Source: Lama glama
Lineage: Eukaryota
Assembly: GCA_028534125.1 (NCBI GenBank)
Contig: CM052816.1
Location: forward strand, 18,974,001 to 19,038,000
DNA length: 64,000 nucleotides
Direction: 5' to 3'
Both the position numbers and the translations under genes were made by a program. The notes beneath the pieces are model-generated. The model saw only the letters and a list, made by a program, of their open reading frames with translations, did not search any database and had not been told where the DNA came from. Below, one piece after another: positions 52,331 to 63,616 of the stretch (position 1 is the first letter of the stretch; every line of letters begins with the position of its first letter).

Positions 52331-54734
52331 ATTATAATGGAGATATAGAGGAGAATATGTAGAGAAAAACTTAATAAAACAGGATAATGTGGCAGGTCTG
52401 GAGAAGACAGGCTAGGGGTCACCACATGGCCTCTCTCGTCTAGGTTCAGGCAGTAAGTAAAGTCCTGCCAGCTGATGTCTCTATGAGCTGTGCTTTATAC
52501 TCACAACCTCAGTCTCACTTAATCCTCACTCCATTGCCATTTTGGAAATGGGAAACTGAGGCCCTAAGAGCTTATATGACTTGCCCAAATCCTTCAATTC
52601 ACTAGTGGTGGAGGTGGGATTAGGATTCAGTCCACCTGACCCCAGAACCACTGCCTTCCAAAGCCCCAGGCGGCAGGTTCTCTGGATATGGTACTGTCCA
52701 GACTCTATGCTGGGCCTTCTTTCTCCGATGGCCTCCCCTATTCTGGGGGCAGTGACTGTATGTTCTTTATGAGGGGCTGTGGCTATCCCCTAAGATACCT
52801 CTAAGGGCACTCAACAGAACAGCAGAGACAGGAAAACAAGCTAAGTGATGAAGGCCAACATGCGGCATCAACCCCACTCAACTCTGGGGCTCTGACAGGG
52901 TCAAGGGAGAGACTGGAGGGGAAGAGCCAGGAGGAGCCGGGGGCAGTGATGACAGCAGAACCTCAGGGGCCTGTGCAGAGGGCTGAGGAAGTAGCTGCCT
53001 GCTCCTGCTCGTACAGTTCTCCGACATCCGGCTCCCTCGCACTTGAGTGAGCCTTGTCTCCCGCACGTCCCCCTTTTGAGATGCCCGCTCCTCTTTATTA
53101 ACTTAGTCAACTCCTGTTGGTTCTTCAAGAGTGGCCTTGACATCACCTCCTTGAGGAAGCCCTCCTTGTCCCCTTGGCACATTGTTGGGGTTCCCTTGGC
53201 CTCATGCAACCCTCCCAGGTCCCCCTGGGTGGTACTTGTCTGAGAGACTATATCCTGCAGGGCCTGGACCTCCTTGAGGGCAGGGGTTGTCTCATATGCT
53301 TAGCCACTGCAGAGCCCACCCAGGGCTGGATGCAGAGGAAACCAGTTCCCTTTGAGTCCAGTCCGCCCCTTGGGAAGAGGTCCAGGAGCCCCACTTAGAA
53401 ATACACGTAAATGAGCTGGAACTTGGCTCTGGAGGCATGCTGGGGTAGAGTCCTGATGCAGGGAAGTCTGGCAAGCTTCTGTTCTGTGTGTGGAAACAGC
53501 TCTTAGCCCCCACGGGCGCAGAGCACATGTACACATGGGGGTGGCCCAGGAGCTCCAAAGCCTAGGCATCCTACTGCCACCAAAGCCTCCACTCCCCAGA
53601 AGTTTCCAGGATCCATTTCTTTGTCCCAGACTGAAATGCAGGTCACGTGCGATCTGTCTTCCACTCTAAAGTGAGGTTTCTGTCTGTCACCAGTTTTGAA
53701 ACTCCCATTTGTATTAAGCTAGTAAAGGAGAATTAAAAGCAGACAATTAAATTTTGCAGAACAAAGCCACAGAAACAGCTGGAGGGCCTTTCCTCTGTTT
53801 TAGCCAAAGCAAACCAGATGGCACTACCCCTGGTGACAGCAGCTTCTGAGGTGGCATTTGAGACTCACAGCCTCAAAGCTGGACCAGGCTATTTTTCTTG
53901 GCATCAGAAGCCTCTGTGATTTAGCATTCTTCCCAGGAAATGTGGGTCCTCCTCCAGCTCATGATGACTGTTCCAGATGTAGGAGGTGGCTTGAGGTATG
54001 AGAGGCGGCGGGAGAGAGTGGACACCCAGCGCGGGCAGCACAGGCCCCTCCAGGGTCTGCTGTTGGTGTCACTCCACACAGTGGAGATCAGTTTGCCTTG
54101 CGGGTATTATCCAGCAGTTGCAAAATCAGCCTTCTAGGAAGAATTTTAAATTATGAGCAAATCAAAAATTTGGAAATGTTGTGAATCTTGGGGTTTTGTG
54201 TGTCTACTACGTTAGGGCTTCAGAGCTTGCTTGTGGGCTCTGAGGCTGGGGCCCAAACTCACAAAAAACAGCGCTCATCAGTGGCTGTCTGGGCTATTTA
54301 TTTAGAAGCCCATAGTAGCAAAACCATAACAATAACACCCACCTTTACCCTTAAAATCTGTGGCATTAGGAACATGGAGAAAGTACAGAGAGCAAAGAAC
54401 ACAGCCTCCAGCTCGCAGGCAGGAAATGGCAGCCCTGGCACCTTGCAAGTGACCCACAGCGGGGATGATTCATTGATCTGCCCACTAACACCTCCCTGAG
54501 ATTTATATTGTTATAACACAATCCTGAGAGGGCAGTGTGTTATTTTAAATGAAGATTCTTCTGTTAAACACTATAAAGATGGGAACATGAAATTAACAAA
54601 ACCTACAAGGTGAATTGGAACACTTTGTCTTTTGTATTGTAGCCAAGGTATGTAAAATATTATATTCAACCAAACAGCGTCAGATATGATAAACTGTCAC
54701 CATCTATCATAAACCTTATCTTGAGATCAGTATT

Positions 54735-55263
54735 TGAAGAAAACCTGGCTATCCACATGAAGCTGGACCCTTATACTTATCCTGTATATAAAAATTATCT
54801 CAAAATGGATTACAGACCTAAATTTAAGAACTAAAACTACACAACTCATCGAAGATAAGCTTCATCACATTAGATTTGGCAATGACTTCTTGGATGTGAC
54901 GCTAAAAGCACAGGCAACCAAAGCAAAACTAGATATGTTGGATTGCATCAAGATTTAAAACTTCCGTGCATCAAAGGACATGAAAGAGAGAGAGAAAGCA
55001 ACCAACAGAATGGGGAAAAAGTATTTGTATATCCCGTATCTGGTAAAGGGTTAACATCTAGAATGTGTAAAGAACTCCAATAACTTAATAGAAAAAGAAT
55101 CCAATTCAAAAATGGGCAAAGGACTTAAGCAGACATTTCTCCAAAGAAGATACATAAATGGCCGACAGCTTATGAAGATATATCCAACGTCAGGAATGGT
55201 TAAGGAACTGAAAATCAAAACCACAATGAGACATCACCTCATACTCATTAGGACAGCTACAAT

Positions 55264-55302
<39 letters not shown>

Positions 55303-55995
55303 ACACCAGCAGGAAATAACAAGTATTGGCAAGGATGTGGAGAAACTGGAACCCTTCTTCACTGTTGGTGGAAATGTAAAATGGCGTGGCCACTATGGAA
55401 AACAGTAGGGCAGCTCTTCAAAATATTAAACACAGAATTAACATATGATCCAGAAACTCCACTTCTGGGTATACATTCAAAAGAACGGAAAGCAAGGTAT
55501 TAAACAGGTATTTGTACATAATATTCACAATAGTGTTATTCACAATAGCATAGAGGTAGAAGCAATCCAAATGTCCATTGACAGACAAGTGGATAAACAA
55601 AATGTGGTGTGTATATATACATATATATATGTATACACAACGGATTATCATTCAGCCTTAAAAGTGAATGAAATTCTGACAAATGCTACAATATGGATGA
55701 AACTTAAAGACATTATGTTAAGTGACGTATACTGACCATAAAAGGACAGTGTATGATTCCACTTATACGAGGTATCTAGAATTGTCAAACCCTCAAAAAT
55801 GAGTAGCATGGTGGTTGCCAAGGGCTGGAGGGAGGGGGAAATGGAGAGTTGTTTAATGAGTTTAATGTTTCAGTTTTGCAAGATGAAAAAAGTTTCTGCA
55901 GATTGTACAATAGTGTGAATATACTTAACACTACTGAACTGTACACTTAAAATGGCAAATTTTGTTATGTGCCCTTGACCACAACTTAAAGAAAG
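54735..55995 (+). mobile_element. L1MB-type ORF2 end plus 3' UTR with embedded (CA)n and (TA)n
   Basis: aaatgggcaaaggacttaagcagacatttctccaaagaagata...ggcaaggatgtggagaaactggaaccct...actactgaactgtacacttaaaatgg. Confidence 0.9.
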
Positions 55996-56338
55996 ACAAC
56001 TATTTGTGGAGGGATAGAAGTTTTTTTTCTCTCCTTCCTCCTGCTGTCAGGTCTACATGGAGTACTGCTAGGCACCAGGAACCACCTAAATTGCCACCCA
56101 GAGGTTTTTTTCCCATGGTGTGTTAAAAATCTGCCTTTGAAGGCATGCTAATTTCAGAATATGCTTTATTCTGAAACTGAAACATTAGTTACAAGTCTTT
56201 ATGCTAGGCTTTTACCTCACTTAATTAAAAACAAAAAGGCCCTGCTTGATGTGTGTTGTGCTGTGTTTGAGGCCATCTTTCCCGGCCAGCTGCATTCCTT
56301 AAGACAGACCAAGCTGTGTTTCTTCAATATGGGTTCTT

Positions 56339-56473
56339 TCTTTCTTTTGTTTTGTTTGTTTGTTTTTTACTTTTTTTATTGATGCATAGTCAGTTTACAA
56401 TGTTGTGTCAATTTCTGGTGTACAACACAATGCTTCAGTCATGGATAAATTGGGAGTTCAAGATTTGCAGATA
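56339..56473 (-). mobile_element. Young 135-bp L1 3' end with 5' inversion (camelid-like L1)
   Basis: Perfect 17-bp TSD CTTCAATATGGGTTCTT (56322-56338 and 56474-56490); T-rich tail, reverse L1 3' end to 56442, then forward L1 3' UTR ggataaattgggagttcaagatttgcagata. Confidence 0.85.
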
Positions 56474-57389
56474 CTTCAATATGGGTTCTTAACTGAAGAA
56501 GAAAGAAGCCCTTGGCAAATCCTGCTGACCAAGTGGAAGCTGATCCCTCTCAAGGTGTCAAATGAAGATATCAGCTACAGGGTAAGGGAGACTGGGCAGT
56601 TGTGATTATCCCCATTCTACAGATGAGGACCCTGAGGCCCACAGAGGAAAAGCAACTTGCTACAAAGTTGGTCCACAGCAGAGCCCTCCCTGCCCACTGC
56701 CCCAGAGCTGCTTCGGATGCTGTGGCTAAAGGGGGAGGGGCCAGCCCTTCCCCCAGCTCTTGCTCCCCAGGCAGCCTGAGGGACAGCCCTTCAGCTCAGT
56801 GGGAAAAAAGGAAATAAAAGCACGAGGTAATTGTGGGGCTCCTGCCACGTGTGGCCTGACTCACCGCTCCCCCCCACCCCCACCAGCTCCTTGCACAGTG
56901 AGATACCAAAAGGCTTCAAAATTCCTAGGCACCCTACCCCAGGCCTGCACCAGGCAGTGGTCCGGCCTCCATTACTGGATTTAGCATTAAGTACAATTGA
57001 CATATATTAAGAATTTAGGACAAATGTAAAAATTGTTGATTTATAATAAATGTCCCTTGTTTAAAAAAAAAAAAGAAAAAAAAATCTAGGACAATAATGA
57101 AATTGGCTTAGCAGTACCCCTTGGAATAGGGGAGGGAGCATGGGCAGAATGCTCCCTATCCAGCAGGTGGAGGCCACCCTCTGAAAGAGGCCCCACCAGC
57201 ACTCCGGGAGGGAACACAGCAGGAATAAGCAACCAGGGCGCTCCTCATAGCTATTTGCTTCCTGCCTGGAGGCAACTAGTAAAGCTGGCTCTAAGAGATC
57301 ATCCAGCCCAGCCCAGCCATCAGAAAGTGGGGACCCAAGGCCCAGGGAGGGGAAAGGGCTTGCCCCTCAGGAGCACAGGAGTTGAGGGC

Positions 57390-57630
57390 GATGATTTCAA
57401 GATCAGACCTGGGTTTGAGATACAAATCTGTGACCTACCAGGTAGGTGGTCTTCAGTGAGTTACTTACTTAATTGTGCCTCTGCTTTCTCCTCTGTGAAA
57501 TAGGAATAATACTGGGACCTCTCTCAGAATCTTAGTGAGGATTAAATAAGGTAGTTCCTACAAGGGCTTAGCACAGGACATAGCATATAGCAAGGACTCA
57601 TTCAACACTAACTTTACTATCGTTTTAAAA
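57390..57630 (+). mobile_element. MIR SINE
   Basis: agatcagacctgggtttga...ctctgtgaaataggaataata...gtgaggattaaataag...gcttagcacag. Confidence 0.8.
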
Positions 57631-57974
57631 TTCAAATACAACATCGCTGTTGTTACCATCTTACTAGCCAAGGGCATAGAGCCAGATGTGGCAGATCCCT
57701 TTCCAGCAGCTGAGTATCTGACTCCATCTGCCTCCACCAGGTAGCAACCCACATACCATCAGATCCACCTGGCCAGCAACCAGGCATTCTGCAGGAGTCA
57801 GCACAAGCATCCCCTCCTCCAGGAGGACCTCACTCCCCACCCCTGGGAGGTTAGAGCCCCCTCCTGGGGTTTACGTTCTGTGCATCCACCCTCACAGCAC
57901 CATCTCTACAAGTGACAGGTAATTTTTTTCTTACCTGAGAGCTCAGTGGGGGCCGGGAACAGTCTGTCCTGACG

Positions 57975-58220
57975 TTCATGGTAACAACCAATCCACCTGT
58001 ATTCTGAGCGCTTTTTAAGCACAAAGCGCTGGCCCGGGCTAAGTGCTTGACGTGCATTTCTTCACTCGGTGGCGCCTCCCTGGAGAGGATCATTACTACT
58101 TCGTTTTACCGATCAGGAAGCAAGCCCGGCCTCTCACCCTCGCTGTGCTGTGCACTAAGTCTATTCCTGGGCAGGTTTCTTCACCTCTATGAGCCTGTCT
58201 GACCCAGCACCTGGGCTTGT
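57975..58220 (-). mobile_element. MIR SINE, unusually CpG-rich
   Basis: tattctgagcgcttttt...gctaagtgcttgacgtgcatttcttca...ttttaccgatcaggaagc...gcctgtctgacccagc. Confidence 0.55.
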
Positions 58221-58460
58221 AACCACCTGCTTTTCCGCGTGGTCTCACGCTCTGGCCTCCTGCTTTATCTCCGCACTCAGATTTGCTGTCCTCCGGTGAG
58301 ATTTGCCGTGGATTCACCTTGGGCATTTTTAGGGCGTTTGGAGTGAGAGAAGCAAGCACCCTCTCCCCCTTCCTCTCCCTCCCTGAGCTCTTGGTGCCCC
58401 TCCCCAGCAGTCCCATGAATGGCTCCCCCAGACTTAACACCATCCTCCTCTTCCACCTTG

Positions 58461-58494
58461 AAGAGCTTCAAGAGCGTCAAGAGCGTCAAGAGCG
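58461..58494 (+). repeat. 9-bp tandem repeat (AAGAGCGTC) x ~3.8
   Basis: AAGAGCTTC AAGAGCGTC AAGAGCGTC AAGAGCG. Confidence 0.9.
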
Positions 58495-58512
58495 GGCCCC
58501 TGGATTTAGGGA

Positions 58513-58531
58513 TGCTGCCACCTGGTGGCCA
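58513..58531 (-). promoter_or_regulatory. CTCF binding motif
   Basis: Minus strand reads TGGCCACCAGGTGGCAGCA, a near-consensus CTCF core, in locally CpG-rich sequence. Confidence 0.75.
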
Positions 58532-59119
58532 CAGGCTATCAGGACGTGGGCAGGGGGCAGGGGCAGTGGGCAGCTGCACAGGCTTGGCGGGCTGCAAGCT
58601 GGCCCCTCTCTCGGCTGAGCTTACTGCCAGCCAGCCAGCTGGAGCACATGTTTGGAGAAGGTGGGGCAGCTTGACCCCAGAGGACATCACCCATTAGGCA
58701 CGATAACTTCATATTTAGGCCCAAGAGTACAACAGGCTGGGTCCAAATCCTGGTTCTGACATTTCCCAGCCATGTGATCTGAATTAGTCAACTAATTACT
58801 GTGAGCCTCAACTTCCACATCTGTATAATGGGTAGCCTTCTTCTTCTGGGTTAGGGCCACATGCCCCAGCCATAACCTGGAGATTCTTTCTAGAGCATTC
58901 ATTTTCCTTCATTATTATTTAAAATAGAATTTCTATTGAACTTATGCAAATTATATATTCAACTCCAAAAATATGTTTGTTTTAAGCAAAATCTGAAGAC
59001 TTCTGAGAATTTGGGGCTGGTGCAAGTCCGCTCTGCCAGTCCCTCTGCTCAGGACGTATCTTCTCTCGACTCTGCTGTTAAGGATTCTATCAAGAGCAGA
59101 TCTCACTTACCAACCTCTC

Positions 59120-59290
59120 ACCATGAGCTCTGTACACAGCTCATTTAGCCTTCATGCAGCAACAAATTATCCTCATTTTACAGAGCATAAATTAGGTTCA
59201 GAGAGGCTGAGTAAGTTGTTTGAGGTCACACACTAGCTACAAGAAGGAGCCACGCCTCATACCTGAGTCAATCAGACACAAGAGTCCTCA
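59120..59290 (-). mobile_element. MIR SINE
   Basis: attatcctcattttacagag...aggttcagagaggctgagtaagttgtttgaggtcacaca. Confidence 0.75.
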
Positions 59291-61319
59291 ACTGCCCACT
59301 GCTGTAGAAAGTCCTGGAAGCTGTCTCTCTGTCCCTGAGCTCTCCAAGGAGAAGGACAGGGATATTTGCTCACTGATGAGACCCCCCCCCCAGGGTCCCA
59401 ATACCGACAAGAGGAGGCCGTCCTAGCCAGGGGGGCCAAGCAGAGAGAGACTAGCACACCCACTCCCCCAGCTTTCACCTCCCTGGGGGGATGGCCAGCC
59501 GGTTACCAGGAGGACTTCCTGCTGGCCCTTGGGAGATGCAGTTTGGGCAGTTCTTCCTCTTGTCAGATAAATTCCCTAGCTGTTTCAGTTCTCTTTCTTG
59601 CTGGGAACTTCTCTGAACCAAGTTACTGAGAGAACTCACGGGCCATGAACACATCTCTTCCACCTACATGCTCTCCCATGCAAGGGCTGGCAACGGGGAC
59701 ACAACCTTCTGGTTCCCCTTACTGAGGCCTGGTTCTAGGAGGCAATGAGGAGGGGTGTCCCATCTCCCAGGGAGGAAAACTAAGGTGTCGAGAGGGGATA
59801 GAACTCACCCAGAGGGTCAGACAGGTGAAAAGATTTGTCCAGGATCAGGCAGTCACCAAAAGAAAGATATAAAACTTGCATCTAGATATGACTGACACTA
59901 AAGCCAACCTTTAACTGCTAGGCAACCAGACTCTCCAGTCTGGCCTTGAGGTTAAGATCTGCCTCCTTTCTCCCTGCAGTCCTCCTGGAATACTCCCAGA
60001 GCCTCTCCCACCTCTGCCCTTCTATTGCAACAACTGTTTATGCACAAATCTCCGTGTGTTCCCAATGGGAGAGCAGGCATCCTGTGTGCGACGCTGAAGG
60101 TACACTTCTTGAGGGTGGGCCTCCCACACACACAGTTTGGAGCTCAGAGAGAGAGAGACAGGAGGATATGGAAGACAGGGAGATGGCTTGGATCACTCCA
60201 GGGGCAAGTTCAGTTCCCATCTCTGGGGGAACCCCAGTCGTGGTGTCACAGGCTGTGTAGGGCAGGGATGAATGACTGTTCCCAGAGTTCTCTGTTTTTC
60301 CTTCCTAGTAACTAGGCAACCAACTAGAGTTTAAACGCTGAGAATAGAGGAAGCAGGCTGGGAGTCCTGAATAGTACCCAGAGAGATTTATCCCAGGGTT
60401 GTGGCCTGCTGGGCCCTCTGGGGCCATGAGGGTAACCATGAGAAGGGAGTAAGCAGTGGGCCTGTGGGGCAGTGAGGTGGATCAGGGAGGCACCTGCTGA
60501 CTGACAGGCATGACCTGGCCTGCACCGCTCACCTGTATACCCTTCAAGAAGCACCAGAATACCCAGGGCTTGATGGGGAAAAGAGGAAGGATTATGCTGC
60601 TGTCTCATTCTGGGACCTTGGGCCAGACACTGCCCCTCTTAGTGCCTCAGAAGGCCCCTGCATAAGCTGGGCACATGTCTCTTGCTAGCCTAGGCGGCTG
60701 GTGGGTACCATGAAGGCAACGTGGAGGCAACACAAGAAAGGCTACACTGGTGGACAACAGAAAGCTGTGCCCAGTGCAGGGTTAGCACCGTCGTGACCCT
60801 GAGTCACTTGCAGGACAGCCAGGGCCCACATTGCTGAGCAAGCATCCATCTTGGTCTCTTCCAGGCTGCCATCAAAGGCCAGCAGAGCCCTGGAAGGGTG
60901 GGCATAGGAGGAGAGGCCAACCTACATCAGCAGCTGTTCTCTCCTTCCCCAGAGGCCCTGCCCTTCCTGACACACTCAGTGGTCTGCCACGTTGCCCACA
61001 GCTCCCTTGGCCACCCCCAGCCCAGCCGCAGTGGCTCCATCACTGTCTCCCACATGTAGTGGGGGCTCCCCTCATGGCCCTATATCCAAAAAAGCTCTCC
61101 TTTCTAACAGGCCTGTGATGCCTTTGCCCCCACCCAATAGGCAGCGGGGAAGAGGGTCTCTGCTGATACCTTGGACACAGCACTCCAGGCCCCTGGGGAC
61201 CAGGCAGTAGAGACTAGCAGAGCTGAAACCCAGCAGGGAACCTCCTATCAGGGCCTCTCCTAGCAGGGGTCCCAGACTGGGGTTGCTCAACCTCTCAGCA
61301 TTGGGGTTGCACTTCTGCA

Positions 61320-61430
61320 ATGGGAAATTACACTTCCATTTTCTTTTCTAAAGGGAAAAAAGAAGAAAGCCACCAAACAGATGAGCATTCATACGTATCA
61401 CTTCCGGAACCACAGCCATAAATCACCATC
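61320..61430 (+). promoter_or_regulatory. TIFAB: Probable TIFAB promoter (haematopoietic type)
   Basis: NF-kB-like GGGAAATTAC 61322-61331; PU.1-like CACTTCCATTTT 61331-61342; ETS CACTTCCGG 61399-61407 abutting RUNX AACCACA 61408-61414; TATA-like CATAAAT 61417-61423. Confidence 0.65.
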
Positions 61431-61514
61431 CTCAGATCCGCCCCAGCCCAGACCCACTCCCTCCCGAGAGCTCACAGCTACAGGATCAGAGCCAGATGTG
61501 CCCCTGGAAGTAAG
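61430..61514 (+). other. TIFAB: Probable non-coding first exon of TIFAB (start approximate)
   Basis: Lies downstream of the ETS/RUNX/TATA-like cluster and ends in tandem donors GAA|GTAAGG (intron from 61510) and AAG|GTAGGT (intron from 61515). Gives a ~2.1 kb intron, consistent with the two-exon TIFAB structure I recall. Confidence 0.6.
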
Positions 61515-61977
61515 GTAGGTGGAGGCCAGAGGCATGTGAACTCACAATGAGGGGAGAAGGCCTTGTGCAGCTGGGAGCAGGGCCACCTGGCATGCACCCC
61601 AGAGTGTCTTCCTCCCGACTCATCCCAGAGGCGATGGCATCCCTAGAGCTGGGTTTCTGCTTCCCCAGAACAACTGGGGCCCTGGAGAAAAGGCAGGTCC
61701 TCTTCAGGGGCTCTGCTCTGGCAGGGGGAGTTCTCCCGGCTCTGGAGTACTTAGCAAAGCAGAGAGTAAGGTCACAGGAGCAGTGATGAACGCTCCTTTC
61801 TGGGGGATTCTCTTAGGGTCCCTGGGCAATGGAGTTGGTTCCTAGAGGTGAACTCTGAGTTTCTGGTCAGGCCTGAGGACTTGGATGCCCAGCTCAGCTG
61901 TCCTGGACCCGGCTTACATCACACACCTTAGGGAGAAGCTTTCCGCAGACTGGGGCCAGAAGTGGGATGTGGACAGG

Positions 61978-62022
61978 GCGTGTGTGTGTGTGCGTGCGCG
62001 CGTGCACATGTGTGTGTGCACA
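61978..62022. repeat. Alternating purine-pyrimidine (TG/CG/CA) tract in the putative TIFAB intron 1
   Basis: gcgtgtgtgtgtgtgcgtgcgcgcgtgcacatgtgtgtgtgcaca. Confidence 0.85.
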
Positions 62023-62429
62023 TTAGGGAAAGGGGGGTGTCCTGAGGGGGCCCACCACTCACTACCAGATTGGAATGTCCTCACCATCACTTTACCCAAA
62101 AGACAGGCTTGGCAGAAGGTCCCAGGTTTGGAAGGACGTGGAGCCTGTCCCACAGCCTTTAAGCACCAGTCTCTCATTTGGGGTCTGTCTGGACTTGATT
62201 TCACACAACTTTCACATGTATGAGTCTCTTCTCTTTAGGCAATTGGTACGCGTGCCCCCAGATATTTGCTGTGTCCAGACCCTGTTTGCACTGCACACTG
62301 GGACACAGGGCATTGCAGCAGCTCTGTCCCCCAGGGACAACAGGAGGAGGGAAGCACAGGGAAGGCTGGACAGGGACCCACATAACTGACAAGTGGTGGA
62401 AAATGGACTGAATGCAGGGGCCCCGGGGG

Positions 62430-62590
62430 AAATCTCCTTGTTGTAAGGGTCTGAGTGCAGAGAGAGGAAAAGAACTTCCTGAAAGAGGTCACATTTGAAC
62501 CGAGCCTTTAAAGATGAACAGTTTGGGATGGAAGATGCATTCTCAGTAGAGAAAACAGCATAAGCAAAAGCGTAGTGCTGGGAAAGTGTA
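62430..62590 (-). mobile_element. L2 fragment
   Basis: aacttcctgaaagaggtcacatttgaaccgagcctttaaagatgaa...aaacagcataagcaaaag. Confidence 0.65.
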
Positions 62591-63579
62591 TCACTAGTTA
62601 TTCTGATCCACTCAGTCCGTGGTTCCTGTTGAAGGTGGTAGCAGGTCCTGGGCCACATGGGGTCAGTGCATGTGCCAGAGAGTTTATGTTCCTCAAGTCC
62701 ATGCAGGAACAGAGCTGGCTGTTGTAAGTAGCCTTCCTGCATGTGCCAGTGAGATCCTAAAGGACAAACTTCTGGTGATGGACAAGTGATGTGTGCATTG
62801 CCCACTGGCAGGTGTGGCCAGTCGACCTCCATGGAGCACCTATCAGTTCTGCATGAGAGTTCAGCTCTTCCCAAGCTCCGTATCAGGATCTGTCTTCCCC
62901 CCATACAGTGAGGAGGGGAGGCTCGCGGCATCTGCGCCTGCAGGAGCACTTGGAATGTGCTAGCTGTTTTTGTTTTTCCTTCGGGTCTCCAGGCAGCCTT
63001 TCTGGCCCCCCAGGAGCAGGGAGAGCTTCCCTCATCTGTGTCCCTCTATAACACCCACAGCTAGAAGCCCCTTCTCCTCTCCCAGCTGCTACTCCTGTTC
63101 ATCTGCTCATCCCCAGCCTCTGGTCAGCGGCTGGCTCAGAGGAGGACTCAGCAAGCATTTGTTGTGTGACTCAGATACAAGGAAGGTGGCTCCTATCTTC
63201 TCTCCTTCCCTTCTCACGAAGCAGGGCCAAATTGTCCCCAGAATTTGGGCCACCAAAACACCACCATGCAAGCTGGGATGCCTTGGACCTTGCACAGACA
63301 AGGATGAATATACCTATGCTACAGAAAAGAGAACTGAGATTTAGAGAGTGAGTGGCTTGCCCCACTCAGAGGGTGTTAGGGATAAAACTGAGGCTAGAAC
63401 CAGCAGGCCTGAGCCTCCACACTGGCTCTGGCCGTGGCTGCAGCCTGGCTGGAGCAGCGTGACACCACATCCACACTCGGTGCCTGGCTCTGCTGGCTGG
63501 AGGTGGCTGGAGGTCCCTGCGGGGAGTAAGCATGTCTGGTCTCAGGGAGTCACAGAGGAGTGTCTGACTCCAACCACAC

Positions 63580-63606
63580 CTGTGCTCTGTGATCTGTCCT
63601 TCCCAG
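63580..63606 (+). other. TIFAB: Splice acceptor of the TIFAB coding exon
   Basis: Pyrimidine-rich tract ctgtgctctgtgatctgtccttcccag ending in AG at 63605-63606, 10 nt upstream of the ATG. Confidence 0.85.
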
Positions 63607-63616
63607 GCTCCTGTCC

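Noticed and set aside
54500..54735. AT-rich unassigned segment abutting the 5' end of an L1
   Set aside because: No TSD, poly(A) signature or recognisable family; cannot distinguish a decayed TE from a conserved element by eye.
58283..58697. ORFs containing periodic peptides (KSVKSVKS / QERQERQER)
   Set aside because: The periodicity is just the 9-bp DNA tandem repeat; no evidence of coding function.
62212..62949. Longest ORF in the track (245 aa, minus strand)
   Set aside because: Lies in the putative TIFAB intron, runs through an L2 fragment, and has no recognisable domain or coding bias.
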